A stretch of DNA of 32,000 nucleotides from an uncultured Melioribacter sp. GTDB taxonomy: Bacteria > Bacteroidota > Ignavibacteria > Ignavibacteriales > Melioribacteraceae. Where the stretch lies: NCBI GenBank assembly GCA_964539605.1, contig CAZIJK010000001.1, positions 1,106,729 to 1,138,728 on the forward strand, given 5' to 3'. A program made the position numbers and the translations under genes. Shown one piece after another: positions 8,685-19,587 of this stretch (the first letter of the stretch is position 1; the number at the start of each line of letters is the position of its first letter). Below the pieces are notes generated by a model. The model did no database searches, was not told where the DNA came from, and saw nothing but the letters and a program-made list of their open reading frames with translations.

Positions 8685-9692
8685 ATGAAGAATACTACAA
8701 TTACAGATATTGCTAATAAACTGGGAATCTCAACTTCCACTGTTTCGCGTGCTTTAAGTAACCATCCAGATATTAGCGCGGCTACTAAAAAACGGGTAAA
8801 GCAGCTGGCCTTGGAAATGAATTTTTCTCATAATCCTATTGCCCAAAACTTAAAAAGCAACCGCTCCTCAACAATTGGGGTAATTGTCCCCGAAATTAAA
8901 CACGACTTTTTTTCTTCGGCAATTAGCGGTATTGAAGAAATTGCAAACGAAAATGGCTACACAATTATTCTTTGCCAGTCCAACGAAAGCTACGAGAAGG
9001 AGGTAATTAATACCAACGTGCTTCTCAATCACCGAGTTGCAGGTATAATTGTTTCCATTTCTCAAAAGACAATCGACAGTTCCCATTTTCAAAATATATT
9101 AAACCGTAAAACCCCTTTAGTTTTTTTTGATAGATCCTGCGAAGATATTGCCGCGTGCAAAGTAATTATAGATGATAAAAAAAGCGCAAAGGTTGCCGTT
9201 GAATATTTGATTAAAAAGGGATACAAGAGAATTGCTCATTTCAAAGGACCGGATAATGTTGGAATTAGCAATAACCGTTTTGCCGGTTATAAAGAGGCAA
9301 TATTAGATGCCGGCTTAAATTTTGATGAAGAGTTGATAATAACCGGCGGTTTTAACGAACAAGATGGTTATTGCGCAATGGAAAAATTATTGGCTGCTGG
9401 AATAAAAGCGGATTCAATTTTTGCCGTTAACGATCCGGTTGCAATTGGTGCCTTTCAAAAAATTAAAGAATCTGGGCTAAAAATTCCGGATGACTATGCC
9501 ATTGTAGGTTTTTCGAATAATAAAATTACCTCTCTTGTAGATCCCTCTATTACTACTGTAGACCAGCCTTCAAGAGAAATGGGAAAAATGGCAGCCAAAA
9601 TTTTAATAGAAATTATAGATAAAAAATGTGATAACCAGGAAAACCGGAATATTGTTTTACCTACCGAGTTGATTGTTAGAAACTCGACCTGA
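8685..9692 (+). CDS. LacI-family transcriptional regulator
   Basis: N-terminal HTH 'TITDIANKLGISTSTVSRALSNHPDIS' followed by a periplasmic-binding-protein-like sugar-binding core ('TIGVIVPEI', 'DSIFAVNDPVAIGA', 'PSITTVDQP'). I chose ATG 8685 rather than the ORF-track TTG at 8652, because the TTG lies immediately upstream of the operator and the extension would read through it. Confidence 0.9.
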   Translation: MKNTTITDIANKLGISTSTVSRALSNHPDISAATKKRVKQLALEMNFSHNPIAQNLKSNRSSTIGVIVPEIKHDFFSSAISGIEEIANENGYTIILCQSNESYEKEVINTNVLLNHRVAGIIVSISQKTIDSSHFQNILNRKTPLVFFDRSCEDIAACKVIIDDKKSAKVAVEYLIKKGYKRIAHFKGPDNVGISNNRFAGYKEAILDAGLNFDEELIITGGFNEQDGYCAMEKLLAAGIKADSIFAVNDPVAIGAFQKIKESGLKIPDDYAIVGFSNNKITSLVDPSITTVDQPSREMGKMAAKILIEIIDKKCDNQENRNIVLPTELIVRNST

Positions 9693-9775
9693 AAAAAATA
9701 TTGAATACATAATTAATAAGTACAATTGGTAAAAAAGTAATTAACTAAATAAAACAACTAAGTAAGGATTCCAAA

Positions 9776-11452
9776 ATGGAGGCTATAGGTCTTAGTTTAA
9801 TCGATTGGGTAATTATCCTGGTCTATTTTGCATTTGTAATTGGCATTGGTTTTTATCTTCGAAAGTTTACTACAAGCGAAGAAGATTTCTTTTTAGCCGG
9901 AAGAAAAAATTCCTCTTGGGTTGCCGGCTTGGCATTCTTAAGTGCTAACCTGGGAGCTCTTGAACTTTTAGGAATGGCGGGAAACACTTTTAAATATGGA
10001 ATGTACGTTGCTCATTTTTATTGGATTGGCGCAATACCGGCAATGTTATTCCTTGGTATTTACATGATGCCATTTTATTACAGCAGTAAAATAAAATCCA
10101 TTCCCGGTTACTTAAAGGTTCGTTTTGACGAAAAGACCCGTGTCTTAAATGGAATTGCATTTGCAATTATGACTTTACTTGTCTCCGGAATAAATCTTTA
10201 CGCAATGGCATTAGTGCTTCATACTTTCTTAGGATGGAATTGGGATGTGGCTATGTGGGTTAGTGCAATAACTGTTGCAGGCTATGTTGGTTTAAGCGGA
10301 TTGATGAGCGCAATATTTACCGAAATAATTCAATTCTTTTTAATTTGGTTTGGTCTCTTTCTTGTTTCCATTCTTGGAATTCTTGAGATTGGCAGCCTTA
10401 AAGAAATTATGAGCCGCATTAACGAAATTAGCTCCCAGGTTTCTTTTACCACACTATGGTCCACTTCATCCAATCCAATGGAAAATGGAATGTTTATTCA
10501 TTGGGGAGGAATTGTTTTAGGATTGGGATTTGTTCTTTCGTTCGGTTACTGGACTACCGACTTTTTGGTAGTTCAAAGAGCTTTTAGCGCAAAAGATTTA
10601 CGCGCCGCCCGTATGACTCCTATTGTTGCATCATTCTTTAAAATGGCCTTGCCATTTTTGGTAATTCTAACCGGATTGATTGCAATTGTACTTTCAAACG
10701 ATCCTAAAAGCGGATTCAAATTGCTTGAAGATGCCGGTCAGGTAAATTACGATTCCGCTCTTCCACTTTTAATTGCACGATATTATCCTTCAGGTTTGGT
10801 AGGATTGGGTGTTACCGCATTGCTCGCCGGATTCATGGCTGGGCAGGCGGGAAACATAAGCGCATTCAATACTGTTTGGACCTACGATATCTACAAATCT
10901 GTTTTGAATAAAAATGCAACAGATAAACACCTGTTATGGATGGGAAGAGTTTCAACGGTTGTTGGAGTATTTCTTTCTTTGGCAACTGCTTATTGGGCAA
11001 AAAGTTTTCCAAGCATAATGGATTATATGCAGGCAATTTTTAGTTGGGTTAACGCTCCTTTATTTGCAACAATGCTTTTGGGAATGTTTGTTTGGTGGAT
11101 TACTCCCAACGGCGCATTTTGGGGTTTGGTTGTTGGTATGTCTTCTTCATTTTTTATGTATCTGGCTGTAAAGTTTCAATGGTTCAGCGAAAGTATTATT
11201 ACAATGTCGAGCGTACAAAGCGATATGGCCGCTAACTTTTGGCGCGCCTGGTGGGCATGGTTAATTTGTGCGGTAGTTACTGTTGTAATAAGCTTATTCA
11301 CTAAGAAAAAACCGAAAGAGGAATTAATTGGTTTTGTTAAAGGTCTTACTAATGAAAAGCACGATCAGCATTTGCCATTTACTAAACGTCCCGAGTTTTA
11401 TGCAATAATTGCTTTAGTAGTGCTTGTTATTCTAAACATATTATTCTGGTAA
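9776..11452 (+). CDS. sodium:solute symporter family transporter (SGLT-like, probable Na+/galactose or glucose symporter)
   Basis: 558-aa polytopic membrane protein. 'GYWTTDFLVVQRAFSAKDLRAARM' matches the SGLT-family 'YWCTDQVIVQRCLSAK' region. 'FFLAGRKNSSWVAGLAFLSANLGA' is typical of an SSS N-terminus. It sits directly upstream of galK and galT. Confidence 0.85.
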   Translation: MEAIGLSLIDWVIILVYFAFVIGIGFYLRKFTTSEEDFFLAGRKNSSWVAGLAFLSANLGALELLGMAGNTFKYGMYVAHFYWIGAIPAMLFLGIYMMPFYYSSKIKSIPGYLKVRFDEKTRVLNGIAFAIMTLLVSGINLYAMALVLHTFLGWNWDVAMWVSAITVAGYVGLSGLMSAIFTEIIQFFLIWFGLFLVSILGILEIGSLKEIMSRINEISSQVSFTTLWSTSSNPMENGMFIHWGGIVLGLGFVLSFGYWTTDFLVVQRAFSAKDLRAARMTPIVASFFKMALPFLVILTGLIAIVLSNDPKSGFKLLEDAGQVNYDSALPLLIARYYPSGLVGLGVTALLAGFMAGQAGNISAFNTVWTYDIYKSVLNKNATDKHLLWMGRVSTVVGVFLSLATAYWAKSFPSIMDYMQAIFSWVNAPLFATMLLGMFVWWITPNGAFWGLVVGMSSSFFMYLAVKFQWFSESIITMSSVQSDMAANFWRAWWAWLICAVVTVVISLFTKKKPKEELIGFVKGLTNEKHDQHLPFTKRPEFYAIIALVVLVILNILFW

Positions 11453-11488
11453 AATACTTTACCAAAAAGTTTATAAGGAGAAAATAAA

Positions 11489-11704
11489 ATGAGTGAACAT
11501 AAAATGAAACCTATTTGGTTTTTTGTAGGATTAATTTTGATGATAATTGGGGGATTAATATTCATGTCTGGTATTTATCAGCTAATAGTGCCTCCAACTA
11601 AAATTACAGTACTTGGCCAAACTCATCCAAATATTTGGTGGGGATTAATTATGATGGCATTTGGTGGTGTAATGTATTTAAAAACAAAAAACCAAACAGT
11701 GTGA
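11489..11704 (+). CDS. small two-TM membrane protein of unknown function (possible symporter accessory subunit)
   Basis: 71 aa with two clear hydrophobic helices ('IWFFVGLILMIIGGLIFMSGI' and 'IWWGLIMMAFGGVMYL'). AAGGAG lies 8 nt upstream of the ATG. It is packed between the symporter (36-nt gap) and galK (7-nt gap). Confidence 0.6.
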   Translation: MSEHKMKPIWFFVGLILMIIGGLIFMSGIYQLIVPPTKITVLGQTHPNIWWGLIMMAFGGVMYLKTKNQTV

Positions 11705-11711
11705 GCTTCTA

Positions 11712-12869
11712 ATGGATCTTGTTCGGAATATTGAAAATAAATTTTTGGAATTGTTTAACCAAAGGCCTCTGTTAGTTCGTTCACCCGGAAGAGTAAATCT
11801 TATTGGTGAACATACGGACTATAATATGGGTTATGTTCTTCCGGCCGCAATAGATAAGGCAATTTACTTTGCTATTACAAAAAGAGGTGATAATAATTGC
11901 AAGCTATTTGCCTCAGATCTAAATGAATCGTTCGAATTCTCGATTGGCAGCTTAAACAAAACTCCAAAAGGATGGCCTAATTATTTGATGGGAGTGGTGG
12001 ATCAATTTGTTAAGAATGGGTTTAACATTTCCGGATTCAATTGCGTATTCGGTGGTGATATTCCAATTGGCGCGGGGCTTTCTTCATCTGCCGCGGTGGA
12101 AGCCGGCTTGGCCTTCTCCTTAAATCATATTAACAATCTTAACATAGACAGCCTTTCTTTAGTTAAGATGGCGCAAAAGGCCGAGAATGAATTTGTTGGA
12201 GTCAACTGCGGAATTATGGATCAGTACATTAACATTTTTGGCAAAAAGGGAAATGTTCTGCGCATAGACTGCCGCACTCTTCAAAGCAGTTTATTCCCAT
12301 TCGATTTTCCGGATGTTTCCATTGTATTATTCAACACTAATGTTGCTCACTCGCTTGCGGCATCCCAGTATAATTTAAGAAGAATGGAATGCGCCAAAGG
12401 AGTAAAACTAATAAATGAAAAATATCCTTCTGTTCAAAGCCTTAGGGATGTTACCATTGAAATGCTTGTTAATTCCCAAATTGCTTTAGAACCTGTTATT
12501 TATAAAAGATGCAAATATGTTGTTGAAGAAAATTACAGAATGGAAAATGCCTGCAGCTCTTTAACAAATAAAGATTTGCACTCATTTGGAAAACTGATGT
12601 ACCAAACCCATTATGGTTTAAGCCGAGATTATGAAGTTAGCTGTAAAGAATTGGACTATTTGGTTGAAGCGGTAAAAGATAATAGTGAAGTTTACGGCGC
12701 CCGAATGATGGGTGGTGGTTTTGGCGGATGCACAATTAACTTAATAAAAAATAATTTTGTAGAACCAATTTGCAAAGAGGTGCTGCAAAAGTATAAAGCC
12801 CATTTTAAAATTGATGCAGATTATTACATAACTTCTTTAAGCGGCGGAACCGGCATTATAAGTGAATGA
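11712..12869 (+). CDS. galK: galactokinase
   Basis: Galactokinase signature 'GRVNLIGEHTDYNMGYVLP', GHMP ATP-binding motif 'PIGAGLSSSAAVE', and 'GARMMGGGFGGC'. Confidence 0.95.
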   Translation: MDLVRNIENKFLELFNQRPLLVRSPGRVNLIGEHTDYNMGYVLPAAIDKAIYFAITKRGDNNCKLFASDLNESFEFSIGSLNKTPKGWPNYLMGVVDQFVKNGFNISGFNCVFGGDIPIGAGLSSSAAVEAGLAFSLNHINNLNIDSLSLVKMAQKAENEFVGVNCGIMDQYINIFGKKGNVLRIDCRTLQSSLFPFDFPDVSIVLFNTNVAHSLAASQYNLRRMECAKGVKLINEKYPSVQSLRDVTIEMLVNSQIALEPVIYKRCKYVVEENYRMENACSSLTNKDLHSFGKLMYQTHYGLSRDYEVSCKELDYLVEAVKDNSEVYGARMMGGGFGGCTINLIKNNFVEPICKEVLQKYKAHFKIDADYYITSLSGGTGIISE

Positions 12870-13921
12870 TTATGAAAGAGAATAAATTAAATATCTATCC
12901 CCATCGAAGAAAAAATATTTTAACTGGTGAATGGGTTCTGGTTAGTCCTAACAGAACCCAAAGACCCTGGCAGGGGGAAGTTGCAAATATTGAAGAAACC
13001 ATAAGAAATGAGTATGAGCCAAACTGCTATTTGTGCCCTGGAAATGTTAGGGCAAACGGGGAAGTAAATCCTAACTACAAAAACACATTTGTATTTACAA
13101 ACGATTTTTCGGCCTTGGTGCAAAGCACGCCAGATATTTCATTTAATAAAAATGATCTGCTTGTAGCCAACAGCCAACAGGGAATTTGCCGTGTTGTTAA
13201 TTTTAGCCCCAAGCATAATTTAACCTTGGCACAAATGAATGCAAAAGATATTGAAGATGTAATTACAACTTGGCAAAATGAATTTAGAAGCCTGGCCGAA
13301 AATCCAAAAATTAAATATGTACAGATTTTTGAAAACAAGGGGGGAATGATGGGTAACAGCAATCCTCATCCCCATGGACAAATTTGGGCGCAAAGCTCCA
13401 TTCCAAACGAGCCGGCTAAGGAGCTTAAAAACTTCAAGGCATATTTTAAGAAGAATAAGAAAAGCCTGCTTGAAGATTACCTTAAATTAGAGTTGAAATT
13501 AAAGGAAAGAATTGTTTATCAGAATTCCTCCTTTGTTATTTTGGTTCCATACTGGGCAGTTTGGCCATTCGAAACAATTATTATTTCCAAAAGAAAAATT
13601 GCCTCCATAATGGAATTTAATAAAACCGAAAAAAAAGATTTTGCAAAAGCTCTTAGCGTAATTACAATTAAGTACGATAACCTCTTTAAAACCTCGTTTC
13701 CTTATTCAGCCGGGTTGCATCAGGCGCCAACAGATGGAAAGCAATATCCAGCTTTTCATTTTCATATGCATTTTTATCCGCCACTGCTTCGCTCTTCTTC
13801 AATTAAAAAATTTATGGTCGGCTACGAAATGCTTGGTGAGCCTCAAAGAGATATTACACCGGAGTATAGCGCCAAAGTTCTGCTTGGTTTACCAGTTAGG
13901 CATTATAAAAAAATGTTATAG
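12866..13921 (+). CDS. galT: galactose-1-phosphate uridylyltransferase
   Basis: 'CYLCPGN' (Zn-site CxxC) and the 'NPHPHGQIWA' His-Pro-His active site. ATGA start/stop overlap with galK. An alternative ATG lies at 12872. Confidence 0.95.
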   Translation: MIMKENKLNIYPHRRKNILTGEWVLVSPNRTQRPWQGEVANIEETIRNEYEPNCYLCPGNVRANGEVNPNYKNTFVFTNDFSALVQSTPDISFNKNDLLVANSQQGICRVVNFSPKHNLTLAQMNAKDIEDVITTWQNEFRSLAENPKIKYVQIFENKGGMMGNSNPHPHGQIWAQSSIPNEPAKELKNFKAYFKKNKKSLLEDYLKLELKLKERIVYQNSSFVILVPYWAVWPFETIIISKRKIASIMEFNKTEKKDFAKALSVITIKYDNLFKTSFPYSAGLHQAPTDGKQYPAFHFHMHFYPPLLRSSSIKKFMVGYEMLGEPQRDITPEYSAKVLLGLPVRHYKKML

Positions 13922-17128
<3,207 letters not shown>

Positions 17129-17149
17129 TTACAATTAAATACTTGTTGA

Positions 17150-19174
17150 ATGATGAAAACGAATAAAAAAATATTCACTTTAGTAATTATTCTGTTAATG
17201 CTTGTTCTAAATGTTGTAGTAAATGCGCAATCAAAAAATCAATTTCTTCCTAACCGGCTGAATTATCCCGATATGCTAAATGTTAAAAACGTTCCTCTTA
17301 AGCCGGTGGATTGGAATTCATTTTTTTATTCCGACTTAGGCGCGTGGTTTGGCTTTGCATTGCCGTCGGATAGCAGCAAATCTTTTTTAGGTGGATTTAT
17401 TGGCCCCTTTTTAATTACCGAAGGAAAGTGGTTAAGCAATTCCTTTGCCCAACTTGTAATAATTGATAAAAGTACAAAGGAGCAAATTGATTTATCTAAA
17501 GCTCTTGATGTGAAGGTGAATTATTATCCAGGAATGCTTACACAAAGTTTTACCATAAAAGAATTAAGAATAGAGCTCAAACAAATATTCACTTCAAACT
17601 CAACTTCCCTTGAGCATATAAAAATTAAAAACATAGGCAAAAAACCTGTGGAAATTTCAATTGGGTTCAAAGGCAATTTGCTAATGGAAAACTCCAAATT
17701 TGTTGTCAGTCAAAATGGAATTGATGCTTTCTTTGGTAGCGGGGGAATGAAAGCGCGCTTGTCATTCAACAATAATATAGGAAAGATAAATGTGGTGAAT
17801 ATTGATTTGAAAGATTATTCCCTGATGGGAGATAATTCAATAAAAATAAATTCATCAAATGAGTTTAATACGGTCTTAGCATTTAATCTGGATATGAATG
17901 ATAAGAAGGATAGGAATATAATTCCCGAACTGCTTAATAAGCCGGAAATATTCTTTAAGAGAAATGAAAACAGATGGAACGGATACCTAAAAAAGGTTTT
18001 TGCAAATATTCGAAAAGATTTTTTTAGCAAGGAGTATTATTGCTTATCTGTAAAAGCATTGCAAACATTAATTATGAATTGGAGAAGCCCTTACGGTCAT
18101 TTAACTTACGATGGTCTCTTTCCCTCTTCGGCAATAAGTTATTTCAATGGCTTCTGGTCGTGGGATTCATGGAAGCATTCGGCCGCTCTTGCAATATTTG
18201 AACCGGAGCTAGCTAAAAATCAGATACGCGCTTTATTCCAATATCAATCGTCAAATGGAATGATACCGGATGTTATTTATGCAGATAGCTCCCAGAACAA
18301 TTGGCTGGATACAAAACCTCCTCTTGCCGCGTGGGGAGTCCAAAAGGTTTATAAGCACTCTAACGATAAATTATTTTTAAAAGAGATCTATCCAAAACTT
18401 GTTAAATATCATTACTGGTGGTATAAAGATAGAGATAACGATTCAAACGGATTGTGTGAATATGGTTCTACAGCAGATTCTTTAATTGCCGCAAAATGGG
18501 AAAGCGGAATGGATAACGCAATTCGTTTTGATGAAAGAAAATTGGTAAGGAATGGCCTTAACGCTTTTTCTATTAATTTGGAATCTGTGGATCTTAACTC
18601 GTACCTATATAAAGAAAAAATTATTCTTGCTTCGATGGCAAAACAGCTGGGATTAATTAGCCATCAATTGAAATTTGAAAATGAAGCCGAGCTTCTGAAA
18701 GAAAAAATACATGCTCGTATGTTTAATTCCTCCAGAGGATATTTTTACGATATAGATTTAGAAACTAAAAAGTATCTTAACGTTCAAGGTCCCGAAGGAT
18801 GGATTGCTTTATGGGGAAAAGTTGCAACTGATGAACAGGCAAAAAGTGTTAAAAATATTATTATGGATTCAACAAAATTTAATTCCTTCATACCTTTTTC
18901 AACGGCTGCAATAGACAACCCAAAATTAAAAGCTAATGGTTACTGGCGTGGACCGGTATGGTTAGACCAGGCTTATTTTGCAATTAAGGGATTGGCAAAT
19001 TATGGGTTTATGGAAGAATCTTTATTCTTAACAAAAAAACTATTGAAAAACGCAAAAGGTTTGTTAAACAGCAATGCTCCAATTAGAGAAAACTATAATC
19101 CAATAAATGGAGAGGGGCTCGAAGCAAATCATTTTAGCTGGTCTGCCGCTCATATTTTAATGATGCTTCACTAG
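17150..19174 (+). CDS. secreted (alpha/alpha)6-barrel glycoside hydrolase, GH63-like (YgjK/MGH1/trehalase-like clan)
   Basis: Signal peptide 'MMKTNKKIFTLVIILLMLVLNVVVNA'. Motifs 'FWSWDSWKH', 'WESGMDNA', 'VDLNSYLY', 'GYWRGPVWLDQAYF' and 'HFSWSAAHIL' are typical of GH63/GH37-type six-hairpin hydrolases. The exact family and substrate cannot be determined from sequence alone. Confidence 0.65.
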   Translation: MMKTNKKIFTLVIILLMLVLNVVVNAQSKNQFLPNRLNYPDMLNVKNVPLKPVDWNSFFYSDLGAWFGFALPSDSSKSFLGGFIGPFLITEGKWLSNSFAQLVIIDKSTKEQIDLSKALDVKVNYYPGMLTQSFTIKELRIELKQIFTSNSTSLEHIKIKNIGKKPVEISIGFKGNLLMENSKFVVSQNGIDAFFGSGGMKARLSFNNNIGKINVVNIDLKDYSLMGDNSIKINSSNEFNTVLAFNLDMNDKKDRNIIPELLNKPEIFFKRNENRWNGYLKKVFANIRKDFFSKEYYCLSVKALQTLIMNWRSPYGHLTYDGLFPSSAISYFNGFWSWDSWKHSAALAIFEPELAKNQIRALFQYQSSNGMIPDVIYADSSQNNWLDTKPPLAAWGVQKVYKHSNDKLFLKEIYPKLVKYHYWWYKDRDNDSNGLCEYGSTADSLIAAKWESGMDNAIRFDERKLVRNGLNAFSINLESVDLNSYLYKEKIILASMAKQLGLISHQLKFENEAELLKEKIHARMFNSSRGYFYDIDLETKKYLNVQGPEGWIALWGKVATDEQAKSVKNIIMDSTKFNSFIPFSTAAIDNPKLKANGYWRGPVWLDQAYFAIKGLANYGFMEESLFLTKKLLKNAKGLLNSNAPIRENYNPINGEGLEANHFSWSAAHILMMLH

Positions 19175-19386
19175 GTAAATATTTGACCAAGAATTAAAGA
19201 ATAAAAACTGGGTCACTCTTTTTCTGGCTAAATAGTAAGTAAACAATTTGCTAAATTCATTATTCACAGCTATGTCTCCTGGTCATTTTAATATATCGAT
19301 TCTTAAAGAAAAAGTGAATTAAAGGGAAAAGAGATTATGAATTACAATGAAAGGCATTCTCAAAAAGCATGAACTATTTAAAACAA

Positions 19387-19409
19387 AAAAGCTCCTTTTA
19401 GGAGCTTTT
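19387..19409. terminator. bidirectional Rho-independent terminator hairpin
   Basis: aaaaGCTCC-tttta-GGAGCtttt: a 5-bp GC core extendable by A/T pairs. An A7 run on the left gives a U-run for the minus-strand tRNA, and T4 on the right serves the plus-strand operon. Confidence 0.6.
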
Positions 19410-19414
19410 AAGTG

Positions 19415-19504
19415 CGGAGGGAGAGAGATTCGAACTCTCGGTACCAGTTTACCCAGTACGACGGTTTAGCAAACCGTTGGTTTCAGCCACTCACCCATCC
19501 CTCC
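19415..19504 (-). tRNA. tRNA-Ser (anticodon GCU), class II with long variable arm
   Basis: Reverse complement folds as a cloverleaf. Acceptor GGAGGGA/TCCCTCC. D stem of 3 bp (GGT/ACC) with loop GAGTGGCTGAA. Anticodon stem ACGGT/ACCGT with loop TTGCTAA. Variable arm of 7 bp (GTACTGG/CTGGTAC). T arm GAGAG-TTCGAAT-CTCTC. Discriminator G. CCA is not encoded. Confidence 0.93.
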
Positions 19505-19587
19505 GTGGCTAAAAAATCTTGTTACTTGTCACTAAATAAAGTACAAATAGCTTTAATTTTTGCTGCGCCAATATAATAACTGTACAA

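Noticed and set aside
19337-19372. 11-codon mini-ORF (MNYNERHSQKA) in the spacer
   Set aside because: It is too short, has no supporting signal beyond a purine-rich upstream stretch, and is likely a chance occurrence.
19175-19504. tRNA-Ser as an attachment site of a genomic island or prophage
   Set aside because: No integrase, no direct repeat of the tRNA 3' end and no phage or mobile genes are recognisable in the window. The flanking genes are ordinary metabolic or OM genes with uniform composition.
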